A stretch of DNA of 63,997 bases, the filler included, from Basidiobolus ranarum (lineage: Eukaryota): the NCBI GenBank assembly GCA_040143965.1. It is 8 parts of 8 records of this genome, joined end to end, with 100 filler letters (N's around TTAATTAATTAA, not from the genome) between each part and the next. Parts side by side here need not be neighbours in the genome. Positions count along the whole stretch, not along the records: positions 48,422 to 56,374 come from JASJQH010001042.1; positions 56,475 to 63,997 come from JASJQH010001107.1; 6 more parts are not named here. One strand, 5' to 3'. Below the pieces are notes generated by a model that saw nothing but the letters and a program-made list of their open reading frames with translations, did not search any database and was not told where the DNA came from. The translations under genes were made by a program, and so were the position numbers. Positions 52,831 to 63,997 of this stretch are shown one piece after another. Positions within the stretch are counted from its first letter, which is position 1, and every line of letters starts with the position of its first letter.

Positions 52831-54180
52831 TATTGAAATTAACATTGCCTAAACACCTATATAGTCATGTGGACTTGTTCTCTGTGATAGTGCCAGATTT
52901 TGCTGTATATCATATTGGATAAAGTATTCTAAAATTTATGCAGCACAATTTGGCACTATCCATCACCCTCTGGCATGATGAATTTCAATCACATTTACTC
53001 TAAAATATTGACTCAAGGTCCAATGAATCCTGGCACAATGGAACAAGTCCATAGCTTGGTACTTAGTTGCTCTATAATTCACTAATATATTTTCTATTAT
53101 TCTCAATTGGAATTTACTTAGTACACTTTTACAGACTTGGAAGTTCTCAAATTTATAGATTTTTCAAACTTGTGCCAGAAGCCCCAAACTTTGTACACAT
53201 GTTCCTGGGACCTTCCTTAACATATTCTACATATTAGTTGGCTTACATCTTGACCAAACTATTAATGTCAACTTTCTACCAATAAATCAACAACTGAAAA
53301 CCACCAATTCCTCTAATTCTCCAAACAACTTCCAACAGGTTCCCAACTACTTCAACAGGTTATGAGCCCCAAGCTTGCACTCTCTGTAATTTCCACTTCT
53401 AAAATCTATGGAATGTTTCCCTCTTCCAAAAAATTTGATGGAATCAATAATCAAGTTTGGAAAATGTAAATGAAAATGCTGCTGCAAGAAAAATGAGTTT
53501 GAGATACTGTTGTAGGGGAAGAAAACAATGCATAACCATCTGAAACCCAAGTTTTATCCCAAGTCAAAAAAGAACAAAGTGCCTTTAACACAATTTGTCT
53601 TATTACTAAAGACAAATTGCTAATTTGATGTTCAAGAGCTAAAACTGCCAAGAAGGTATGAAAAGCCTTGGAAGAAACCTACCAAACACTTTCTGCTGCC
53701 AACAACATGTTTCTAAGAAGACACTTCTTTAACTGGAAGATGAAGCTAGGAGAATACATTAAATCACTAATTGATAGAATCACTATTTTTGTGGATGAAA
53801 TAGAATGTGATGGAGTACCTACCACTGATCAAAATATCATAGTTGCTGTCCTGAATAGCCTGCCACATGAGTTTCAAAGCCCAACAATGGCTCAAGAATC
53901 AAGTACTGATATTTTAACCATGAATTGTGTATTTGGCTGACTTCTGGATGAAGATTTATGCAAATCAGAATCCAACCAAAAGAATGAAGAAAACTCTTTA
54001 ATATGCTATGGGAAACCTTCCTACAAAGGTCAAAAGCACTTTAAGAAGAAAAGTAAAACATTCTGAGATTGCTGTAAAAGAACTGGCCATTTATGCAAAG
54101 ATTGCTTAAAAAGAGTTGCAAAAGAAAAATGTATTGAATCTAGAAATGTGGTTACTACAGAAGATCACTTGTTCACATGC
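52831..54180 (+). mobile_element. Decayed Ty1/copia 5' LTR (52831-53357, containing a MITE), PBS (53358-53369) and gag
   Basis: LTR, then GGTTATGAGCCC. Gag remnant with VLNSLPHEF and a degenerate zinc knuckle near 54060-54105. Confidence 0.9.
52871..53050. mobile_element. 180-bp MITE inserted in a copia LTR
   Basis: TIRs GGACTTGTTC / GAACAAGTCC. Interrupts the LTR consensus ATAGTCAT..ATAGCTT. Confidence 0.88.
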
Positions 54181-54382
54181 GTTGATACGTAGTTTTCTGA
54201 GATTGTAGCCAATCATGCATAATGATTTTGTGAGATCTTGAAATTTCACTCCTGAAACTGAAAAAATTGATTACAATCAAATCTAACTTGAAGATTGTAT
54301 GATGGTAAGTAACTGTCCATCCCAAATAGATTAAAATTGTGATGTTTTTCTTATAATAACAATGCTCAAATTTCTTATAGGG
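54175..54382 (-). repeat. Inverted terminal fragment of the unclassified dispersed repeat
   Basis: Reverse complement matches 52066-52275. Confidence 0.8.
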
Positions 54383-55158
54383 TACTTGAGTTAGTTTCTG
54401 CCATGTTTATGTTTTCCAAAATGGAGAGTAGATTGCTAGACTGCTCATCAATTAAGTTCTCTGTTCTTGTTGGTTGTTTTCTTTTTGTGCCAGCTGGCTT
54501 TTGCTTGGTAGCCAATTTTGATTTAGATTTTGAATACTTTTTGAATAGCATTGAAATTTTCAGATGGTAAACTTAGTGTAATGAAATTGCCTAGACACAG
54601 CTTATTATTGACCAAAATTGCCATTCATTTCAGGAAATATCTTGTAAATCTGCTGAATATGCATCTGCAACACCATCCCCAAATCAGCTGATAATATTGA
54701 TGGCTATACCCAAAGTACCACGCTGACATAGGAGATGTTTTTTTTCTTCAATATCCTTCTCATGCCACAATGTAAACATTTAAAGAAGCCCTGCTATTTT
54801 TGTCACCAGCTCTTGTGCCATTAAAGCAGGAGACTTGATAGAAAAATAATCACCAGCATGGTCGCTCTACAAAGCCACCAGTTGCACAAAGCAGGGTGCA
54901 TATCAACAGTAATAAGTGCACAAAATCAACTTGGTTTTTTCCACTGAGTCCACTGGCTGTGCTCTGCCTCAAAGTTTTGGTAACACTGCCAAAAATCAAG
55001 ATACCGTGGAATTACCACATTCATACAGCCAGGACAATGTAGATAAAAATGTAACCTTGGTCAAACCAGTAAGTCCAGACTAATATGAGGACAATCTGCC
55101 AGACGTTAATATTGGTTATACCAGTACTGATGGTCCAAACAGACACTGGAGGCTTGAA

Positions 55159-56000
55159 ATTGTAAGAAAACTGTTACAATTTTAATCCATTTGGGATTGA
55201 GTGTTTACTTACCATCATAAAATCCTCAAGCTAGATTTGACTTGAAGCAATTTTTTTAGTCACAGGAGTGAAATTTTAAGATCTTGCAAAATAATTACAC
55301 ATGATTGGCCACAATCTCAGAGAGCTATGGATCAACACAAGTGCAAAAAATATAACACATATTTTACATATTGACCACCTGAATGCTGATTTGTCACCTT
55401 CAAAATCCCCAGTTTCTTTGAAATATTCTCCTGAATATTTTTATAGAGTTCCTTATACACAGGGTTTAACTCATATCCAACACAAGTTTGTATCAATATC
55501 TCCATCAAAGCCCACCATTGTATTAGCATTGCTGAGTCAGCATTCTTCCAGCTATCTGGCAGATACCCTGCAGTATTGTGCCACTCTGTATCAAGATCTT
55601 TCCATATATCTGCTTGGTCAACACCAGACTGAATGTCAAGCTGAATGTTCTTCTTCTGAAGCCACTCTCTGCATACTTGCACTACATTTTTCCCCTCATA
55701 CTTTTGAAAATACTCCTCAAGCACTTTGACTATTCTTGTATTTCCTTGTAGTATGACACTACTGAGGGCTCTTTGCGGGTTTGTGTGACTTTTAGCTTGC
55801 CTTTAAGTTTGGGGTTAAGTTCAACACTTTGAAAAGCACCAGTTGAGCTTGGAGAGTAATGAGTTTTATTTGCTGGTGTTTAGGCTTGTTGAGAGGTGCC
55901 AGGAGTTGGACAAACTTTTCAATTTACCACTCTTCCAACTGGTTTACCTGGTCCCATGGTGAAATTCAGCTTTCTTGCCAGTGTCATGAGTCTGATGTTG
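55159..56000 (+). repeat. Unclassified dispersed repeat, longest copy, with a minus-strand ORF remnant (55332-55724)
   Basis: Homologous to the copies at 36765 and 52066. 55925-55990 also matches about 48665-48727 in reverse orientation. Confidence 0.8.
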
Positions 56001-56374
56001 GCATACTGATCCATTGCAAAAAGAACTCTTCTATTATTAGATTACAGCATCATATCAGCGGTGCCATCCCTTCTTGGCAATATTGTATTAGTTCATCCAG
56101 ATTACCTTTTATGGAAGTCATGTTCTTTGGCACATTCCATGAAACCTAACCAATCATCTCATTCCACACATAGTGTATTTCTGCCAAGACCTTCCATGGA
56201 AGGTCACCTGATCATCCTTATATCATCCTTACATCATCCCTCTTGGTATTAGTCCTTGTAGTACCCAACACCCCAACTCTTGAACTTGCCACAGTATATT
56301 CCCTATTCAGTATATTATGTTTCACCTTGCAATATCTATATAAGCCCCATGTATTCCTTGATCAGACTGAGGTC

Positions 56375-56474
56375 NNNNNNNNNNNNNNNNNNNNNNNNNN
56401 NNNNNNNNNNNNNNNNNNTTAATTAATTAANNNNNNNNNNNNNNNNNNNNNNNNNNNNNNNNNNNNNNNNNNNN
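56375..56474. other. Artificial contig spacer
   Basis: 44 N + TTAATTAATTAA + 44 N. Confidence 0.97.
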
Positions 56475-57007
56475 TACGAAGTCATCAAGTGACCTGATTC
56501 TCACGAATGACCAGATAATACCAACCAATTGTGCGATTTCTCGAGTCAAACCAATTAGTGTCCATAAGGAATAGGTATGGGCAAACCACTTGGGGCCATA
56601 GGATAATCCTCTGAGACTAAGACTTCCAATAACGAATTAAGAGGTATATTGATCTAGAGATGTATGTACGCATTCATATACAGGAATATATAGACCTTGA
56701 AATTGGTGTAGTAGGCCCAGTAGGTACAACCCTGCCACACGTATGAGAAAAAAGCTTTAGGATCCGAATTGTGAAACCCGCCCGCAGAGGCATACAAGCC
56801 AAGTAAAGTACTGGGGATAGCTGTCCCTACAACCAGTGACAAGCATATAGCGAAGAAATAAGATTTATGCGCGTATCCTTTTGTGAAAAAACGTAGTTTG
56901 CATAAGTATCCTACGGGATAGATGACACCAGCATATAGGCCACCAAGTGTCAATACAAGCAGCGCAAAGGCTGAAAAATAAGCATGAGAGTTCTCTACCC
57001 AATCCAT
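56475..57007 (-). CDS. Multi-pass membrane protein of unknown function, 3'-partial
   Basis: ATG-initiated hydrophobic ORF. A probable intron near 56615-56670 leads to an open frame LRGLSYGPKWF...LVGIIWSFVRIR that runs to the contig end. Confidence 0.55.
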
Positions 57008-58599
57008 TGTTATAAATTGATGTCAAGAAAATAGATATGCGCCGCTTTTATCTCTTAACGCACTGTGGGGATTGGATAAATAAGGAATCAATAAATATGA
57101 CAATCATCTGGGCAAAGCTCGTGCGAGGATTGGGTGGGGACAGAGGTCTTGTCCTTGCCTCTGCTCGCAACTTGAAACCATTGGGTAACATTCTGGAATA
57201 CTAATCAACCTTCTCTCTACTAGTAGAGTCTAGGTGGGGTGCTTGTCTAGTGGTTTAAGTGATAGACAGGAGAGACAATTGCTCCTGGTCAAGAATGACG
57301 TATAAATAGGTGCTAATTGGAAACATGATTTCACTGAGGAATAAACACTTCAAATTTCATAAAGGAAAGTATAGAGGTGAGAATGCACAGGGGACATCGC
57401 GGAAAGCCTCTTCTTGATTTACGCCTTTCGCTTGTTTCTCAAAGTTCCGAAGTATCACCCGGAGGCCATCTTCCGATTGGTTTCTTGAAACTCTAAACAG
57501 ATAGTGAAAGGCCTAATATACCTTCATTGGCACATTTACCTTCGGTACCCACATATCTAGCTTAGAGTTGAAACTAATTTTATTGGAAACAATTTGCCTA
57601 AGGTGGAGAGGGAAAAGATACTACTATAAGTATTAATGACATCCTGCAATGTATGAAGATGTGATCGCATTATTGGTGTTTTCAGGTGGGCAATGAGACC
57701 ACAAGTTGCAATCTGGCTTCCCCAATTGAGTGGTCTGTGGGTGGGGGGAGAGATTCCCCCGACTTGGATGGCGACTCAATGGACCGTCCTCCGCACCCGG
57801 GAAGAGGGATCGAATTTTATATTTTTAAATATGCAGTATTGGGTTAATATAACTTGATGGTATGTGACTATTATATTATATATTTGCCGAAGTAAATGTG
57901 TGGTTGCACGAGTTTGCTTCCTATAAGTTCTATATCAGGAGTAACAGTTCCAGATGTCGTACGTTTTCCAGTGAAGGTAGAAGTAGGCAATTTCCAGAAG
58001 TACTCTCCTACTCAATCAGCTTCATAAGAATACTCACTACTATCACCTGTTCCACTCCTTACCATAGACAATTTATCTTTATTACCTGGGATAAGAAATG
58101 ACCCGTTGAGTTGCTTAATATATTTATCGGTCACTTCACTAGGAAATATATCTTTTGGAGTAATTTCGAATTACTGACAATGGGCTGGCTTTGGAGATAT
58201 GTTAGCAGATAGAGTAATATAATCTATAGGACACCCATCTCTCATTTCACCAGTATATATGTCAAACATTCTATTATTCACCAGGGAAGGTTTATAGTTT
58301 AAGATAGGATCCAAAGATGGATCTAGGTATGAATGTAGGATAACATCATTAGGAAATATTGTCTAATAGTATACTTGTCAACTAGTTCAGGATTGCTGTT
58401 AGACACACTCCCAATAAGCTGTTACATGCCTCATCCCTAATATTGGGTTGGAATAAAGTCTCAACAAAGCTGCGCTCCATTCAAAAGATATATTTAAAGA
58501 AAAAAAAGCAGATAAATGTTCAAAATGAAATCGATTACAGAATCAAGAAGTGTTTATTTATCAACAAGAAATGCACCTATTGCACTTTTCAGTTAATAC

Positions 58600-58928
58600 T
58601 GTTAAAGCATTTGGGAGCCTGTTGGAAGTGGCTTGGAGAATTAGAGAAATTGGTGGTTTTCACTTATTGATATATTGAGTTGAAAGTTGACATTTATAGT
58701 TTTGCCAAGATGTAAACAAACTAACGTGTAGAATGTGCTTAGAAAGGTCCCAGGAGCATGTGTGCAAAGTTTGGGGCCTCTAGCACAAGTTTGAAAAATC
58801 TATATATCTGAGAACTTCTAAGTAAATTCCCCATGAGAATAATGGGTAATATCTTAGTTCAATATAAGATAACTAAATACTAAGCTATATATGACTATAT
58901 AGGTGTTTAGGCAATGCTAATTTCAACA
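58600..58928 (-). mobile_element. Solo Ty1/copia LTR with a perfect 5-bp TSD
   Basis: AATAC-TGTTAAAG...TTCAACA-AATAC. Confidence 0.95.
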
Positions 58929-59072
58929 AATACAACAAGTAAATCCAAGTGTTGGGCTTGAAACACTAGCGGAAGTAAAATGGCATATCTGGGGTTTATT
59001 TGGACATCTTTGGAGTTTCAGCTTGGGAAATTCTGCAATATGTACTAAGAGAAAGGTATCCTATTGTATCTC

Positions 59073-59179
59073 GTCACGGCCTTTTAAGATAGGCGCTTAT
59101 TATAAGCAAGTAAAAATTTTCAAATTTAAACCTAATTTCTGCTCAGGTGTAAAAACCAACAGTGCTTAAAGGCCGTGAC
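59073..59179. repeat. Short inverted-repeat element (MITE-like), about 107 bp
   Basis: GTCACGGCCTTTTAAG ... CTTAAAGGCCGTGAC. Confidence 0.55.
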
Positions 59180-59759
59180 TAATACTACTGAAGCAACTAC
59201 TGAAGTTTGTCTCTATCGTATTTGGAATCGTGACATGGCTGCTACTTTAAATTTTAGACATATCCTTTTTAATTAGCGCTTAACTGGGGAAAGACCAGAA
59301 CATTTTTGCAGATTGAGAGAACCTCTCTCCATTGGCTATAAAAGAAAGGGTATCCTATCTCGTCATCTAGCAGCAGTCGACCAACGAAAAAGCAAACAAT
59401 CCTGTGTGGTTATCGCAACACTAAAATTTTGATACAAATTCTTTGAACACTTTTTCTTTTTTTTACAATCGTCTCATTGATTCTTTTAATTCGTCTTATT
59501 TTAGATTAAAATACTGTATAATAGATCATCAGTCATTGTCAATTCAGTTATGCCTTCTGAACCTAGAATAGCAATCGTTCCAGATCGACAGCAATTGGGA
59601 ACTGACTATTTTTCACAGTTGTTGAAGTTGTATACGTTATGATTCTTAAAGAGCAGAAGTTATGATTAACTTCGACGAGACTATTTAAAGCCTCTACCAA
59701 ATCCACCATTTAAGATCTTTTTAATCTATTTTATTTACATATTACTTTCTTTGGTGTCT

Positions 59760-61523
59760 TTAAACATTGATTCTGCGCTGTCTCATGTAACCGTTCATTC
59801 GGGCGTCGATTCCACTGAGCAAAATCTGAACCGCTATCTCGGAATCCATTTTTGAAATGTTCGGAGTTGGGGTGACACCTATTATGTCTCTCTGGAAACT
59901 CAGGTGATGTCTACTAACCTCTTCTTCAAGACGTTGAAGATGTGCTGTCGCCTCCCAGTCATCACCTACCTGCACAAACTCAATGCCTAATTGATGAGCA
60001 ACGTAACCACGTTGGATGATCCTTGTAACGTGTTCTTCAATCACAGCGTGTAATTTGGGTTCATCGCTCGCTTCGCCATCGGTAAATACAATCAAATTGA
60101 GAGGCTTGAGCATAGGGTCATAGCGTAAGGTTGCCATATATGCATCCAAAATATCGTTGATCCTTTGTCCAGTGAAAGTTCCGCCCATAGGAGACACCGT
60201 ATCAAAGATGGCCCTAACCCTGTTAGCAGATCGCACATGGGTGTATATATTGCGATGATTCAGAAAAAAAATGTCAATCCCTTGCGGATCTTGCTCAGTA
60301 ACGATGGTTGCAATTCCTTCCAATAACGAACGGACTTGTTGCCAACGCGTTTGATTTTGAAACGCACCAGTTTGGTATCGATAGTCACTGTAACTAGCAC
60401 CATAAACAGCACCGTTGTTGCCATAGTTGTAGTTGCATCTCCAGGACGTATGTCCTGGGGCCAACATGGATCCACTGTCATCTATGAGAAATACGGTATG
60501 AACTTGTTGTAACAACTCCAAACCCACCTTCAGATTAGGAGCTCTGAAATTAGGTGAGAGCCTTCCTGCGGAGAATGACCTCAGGAAGCTTTTTCCAAGC
60601 AGAATATTTGCCGTTAACTCGGGGAGTTGCATTGGACCTCCTGCCATTCCATGAGAGAAAGCTGAAACTATATTGTTGTGAGCGCACAGCTCGATGAAGA
60701 GCTCCCGACGAAATCCCTTCAAAGATTCCACCCAAATAGATTTTGAAAGTGCCTTTGGAAAACGAATGGACATGACATCACGCGAAAGTTTTTCTAGCTT
60801 GTGTATCAAATGATTGTATTTGGCAACGTGTCTGGATGAAAATCTATATTCTACAGGAACCGACCGGCCTCGTTTTTGGATGTTTACTCGTTTTCTTAGC
60901 AGATAAGTCCCAAGGACGGCAACAATATGGGGAATTGTTTGGTCACGCATGATCGCATTTCGGGCAGCTGAACGTGTGAGTATCTGGCCAAGAGTGTCAT
61001 ATTTTACGATCACGTCTTTGTTTAAAGTGGCTGTATAATGGTCGATTTTCCTCTTGGATTTACAATCAGCGGCAGGGGTAGGATCAAAACCGTGTTGCGC
61101 TGCAGATGAGCTGGAGGAGCCTTCGTTCGGATTAGAGATTAGCATCCTACGTTCGCCTATTCCGTCCGATGTCAGTTTAGACAATTTCACAGCCGCCTCG
61201 GGACCCAGATTTCTAACTGCCTGCTTGAAAGCTTCGATTCGGCGCTTCACAGGCAAGCAGGGTGTCAACGTCTTGTCCTTCAGAACCGTATTATCTTCAG
61301 GATTGGTAGCTTTGTTCAACCCAACTAGCCATTGCTCGATCTCCTTGCGCTCATACACGGAGCCACAGGAAGTCATCACCGGATCCTCCATCAACGTATG
61401 CGAAATTGCACACACGAAGTCCGATGGAAACTCAAATAGGTCCACATTTTCGGTTTCCAAAAATCGCTTAGCAAGAACTTCGAATTCCCGCTCCGCAGTG
61501 TTGATTGTATTCTGATTACTCAT
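59760..61523 (-). CDS. U-box + von Willebrand factor A domain protein (putative E3 ubiquitin ligase), about 587 aa from MSNQ; alternative start at 61571
   Basis: U-box: FVCAISHTLMEDPVMTSCGSVYERKEIEQWL...LTPCLPVKRRI. vWA with MIDAS: VFLIDDSGSM, GGT, LIVFTDG, IEFVQVGDD. Single uninterrupted ORF. Confidence 0.9.
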   Translation of the reverse strand: MSNQNTINTAEREFEVLAKRFLETENVDLFEFPSDFVCAISHTLMEDPVMTSCGSVYERKEIEQWLVGLNKATNPEDNTVLKDKTLTPCLPVKRRIEAFKQAVRNLGPEAAVKLSKLTSDGIGERRMLISNPNEGSSSSSAAQHGFDPTPAADCKSKRKIDHYTATLNKDVIVKYDTLGQILTRSAARNAIMRDQTIPHIVAVLGTYLLRKRVNIQKRGRSVPVEYRFSSRHVAKYNHLIHKLEKLSRDVMSIRFPKALSKSIWVESLKGFRRELFIELCAHNNIVSAFSHGMAGGPMQLPELTANILLGKSFLRSFSAGRLSPNFRAPNLKVGLELLQQVHTVFLIDDSGSMLAPGHTSWRCNYNYGNNGAVYGASYSDYRYQTGAFQNQTRWQQVRSLLEGIATIVTEQDPQGIDIFFLNHRNIYTHVRSANRVRAIFDTVSPMGGTFTGQRINDILDAYMATLRYDPMLKPLNLIVFTDGEASDEPKLHAVIEEHVTRIIQRGYVAHQLGIEFVQVGDDWEATAHLQRLEEEVSRHHLSFQRDIIGVTPTPNISKMDSEIAVQILLSGIDARMNGYMRQRRINV

Positions 61524-61989
61524 ATTTTTAATATCCCGTTTCGTGTTATGGTCGCTTTTATAGCATAACACACAATAGAGCCGAGTGATTGGCCAAATAC
61601 TGGGCCCAATAGAAGTGAAATCGATTCTTTACCATATTAAGTTATTACACTACAGCATGAAAAGGATTTAACCTAATACTATGATTAAGTTGCGGATACG
61701 GTTAATCAGTTGTCATCAAAAACATCAAGTCTCTTCGTGACAACGTATTACTGCTATATAGCGCCTAGGGTGAGGGTGAGGTTAAAATTCACCGGATGAG
61801 GTAATAATTTCGTATCTCTCAGGTACAATAACTCGAGTGGATGAGGTTCAACCATTGTATACAGGTGAGATATTTGACTGTTCAAGTCGAAGGGGCTACA
61901 CGTGTATATATCGGATGAATCTCATCCAGTGTATACCTCTCCTTGATAAACGCATTAGTGAGATGTAATTTCAGTAAGTGCTTTAGGAT

Positions 61990-63075
61990 AAGGGCGTGGA
62001 GATTGACTCGGTGGCTGGTTAAATGAACATCAACTTCATCCAGGATAAATTAGGTTGTCATATGCATCGATTCAAGTTAAGTAGTCCATTGAGAAGGATG
62101 GAGATGGCGGCTGTGAGAGTAACGGTATTGGTAATGGCAAAGATAATGCCAATAGAGGAAACCAGGTTTGTGCTTACAACTTGGGAAAATGTGGAAATGA
62201 TAATGCTGCTAGCAGTGGGATGCTAATATTGCCGGTATTTTTATGCCCAAATAAGAGCAAACTGTTTGTGACGGCGATTGTTTCTGCATTTGTGTTGAAA
62301 GTGTTGGATACGAATAGAAATGTCTGTTTGTTGGATGGCTATGTAGTTGCAGACTTCTTATCTATGACCAAGCTTATCTCGATTGTAGTCGCCAGGTGTA
62401 GCGTATTTATTTACGAGCCGGTTCGCAAACATACTGGAAGCCTCATTATTAGAGAAGAATGTCGTTGTGGATTTAGAAAAAATAATAACTTGAATGATGC
62501 GAATATCAATGGACAAGGAATTCTGATGTAAAGTCTCAGACCAGACCTTTGAAATCAAAGATATGGGTGTAAATTCTGAACAAGGAGAAGTTGTTTACTC
62601 TGGGCCATATAGTGATGATAATATTGCACTAAGAGTGTATGAAATACCATAAGATACTGGAGGCAGGATGGAAATGGCTCCAACACCACCTGCGGATGAT
62701 TTTAGCTCTGAAGATACTTTGCCGCCTCAATCATCAGATTCAGAGTTCAATAACGATAGTAAGGATGTACAGGGAATAGATAGTACAGGTTCATCGAAAG
62801 TTGTACCCTTCGATCTACCCTCACAGTTAGTGAACACTCTTGGACAGTATTTGCCTCAACAAGCGTTACCTGATCAGGTCCAAGGGAATTTAGCACCAGT
62901 AGGACATGCTTTGTCCGATTCGAATCCGTCTGACCAAACCCAGACGATTGAGCAGACATTATATCAGGCTTCAAAGCCTACTGTAGCAGAACAACCTCCT
63001 TCACCAGAAGAACCTGAAGAGCCTAAATCCTCAGGCTCAAGGTGCTTTCTGTGTAACCAAAGACATGATTTGTGA
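61990..63075 (+). pseudogene. Possible decayed gene for a Cys-containing protein with a Pro/Ser/Gln-rich tail
   Basis: Coding-like segments (HPG*IRLSY, DGDGGCES...CAYNLGKCG, YDQAYLDCS) broken by stops, followed by the low-complexity ORF 62668-63075. Confidence 0.35.
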
Positions 63076-63904
63076 CTTTTCAACGCTTTATGTAATCGCC
63101 ATATATTCTTTGATATCACACATCTAAAGGTTAACAAGACTTTGCTAAGTAACAATTAGACCGAGCAAGTCATTGTATCTTGGATAATAGTCTTATCCTA
63201 ACTATCTTATATGCGTACTATAATGTCACTTGTCTAATCCAAGTTTGATAATACCGGGCACCAATCATATAATGTAATTGAGCAATCAATAAATGCTTCA
63301 CTGAATAAGAATAATAAAATATATCTTTTACTTACTATCGGGATTATTTATAAGTACGAAAAAAGTCTCTCACATAAGCATATTTGTACGATGCAATCCA
63401 ATAATTTCAGATATCAAGCTAGTCCACCATACATATATATATTCCCATACCTGCCGTTGGTTATCACCATGTTGACAATGAAGATAGTCTCTACGTGAAA
63501 TTGTGTCACTCCTGTGTGCATCTTTCGAGTAATATACTTGAATAAGCGTAGCACAAGCTATTCTGATATTCGGTACCGATATTTTTATTATTAACATTAA
63601 ATCCGTAATCAGGCTTAATTCTTGCATCAGTCGTGCTTGCTAAAGTATCGGTTATCTAATCAGGACATAGAGCCATTGCAAGTGTTGAGATTTAACATTA
63701 GCCAGTTTTCACTTTCTACCTCTTATGTCATGCTGCTCTTTTGGTAAGAGAGCAGATTCATGGCGATTTGATTGGTCAAAATCAATTGAGGGTTATAATC
63801 TTTCCGGTAAGGTGCAATTTTCCTACTGCTTATAATGGGATGCTTTTTCAGTAAGAGTGTAAAATTAGAGCATTTGATTGGTCAAAATGGGTTACGGTTA
63901 AAGC

Positions 63905-63997
63905 TGTTGAAATTAGCATTGCCTAAACACCTATATAGTCATATATAACTTAGTACTTAGTTATCTTATAACTCACTAAGATAATATCAATTATTCT
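63905..63997 (+). mobile_element. Ty1/copia LTR start, cut by the window end
   Basis: TGTTGAAATTAGCATTGCCTAAACACCTATATAGTC. Confidence 0.9.

Noticed and set aside
57680..57820. GC-rich stretch with possible hairpins (ncRNA?)
   Set aside because: No RNase P/MRP, SRP or snRNA signature recognised. An Rfam search would be needed.
61054..61515. 153-aa plus-strand ORF
   Set aside because: Antisense shadow of the U-box gene, with a non-ATG start.

Overview
AT-rich eukaryotic DNA, almost certainly fungal. It has short GT-AG introns and fungal-type Csf1, GFA1 and HSF genes. An early-diverging lineage such as Zoopagomycota or Mucoromycota is plausible but is inference only. The window is not one locus. 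It consists of eight contigs of about 8 kb, in descending length order, joined by artificial 100-bp spacers (44 N + TTAATTAATTAA + 44 N), so no synteny should be read across spacers. Intact-looking genes: a secreted lipocalin, a bacterial-type class I SAM methyltransferase with one intron, a TDP2-like EEP phosphodiesterase, an HSF-domain transcription factor flanked by three decayed paralogs, a convergent pair of PY-motif single-pass membrane paralogs, two small secreted proteins and an intronless U-box/vWA protein. Partial genes: Csf1/BLTP1, a multi-HMG-box protein, a DCR2-like metallophosphoesterase and a membrane protein. Decayed material: a GFA1 pseudogene, two tRNA relics, an orphan SDR exon, a nad5 NUMT, many Ty1/copia LTRs and internal fragments with a half-tRNAiMet primer-binding site, a 180-bp MITE, an unclassified dispersed repeat and a 114-bp tandem repeat. 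The best leads are the U-box/vWA fusion, the probable bacterial horizontal-transfer methyltransferase, the PY-motif paralog pair and the unclassified repeat. No multi-gene novel system is demonstrable from sequence alone.
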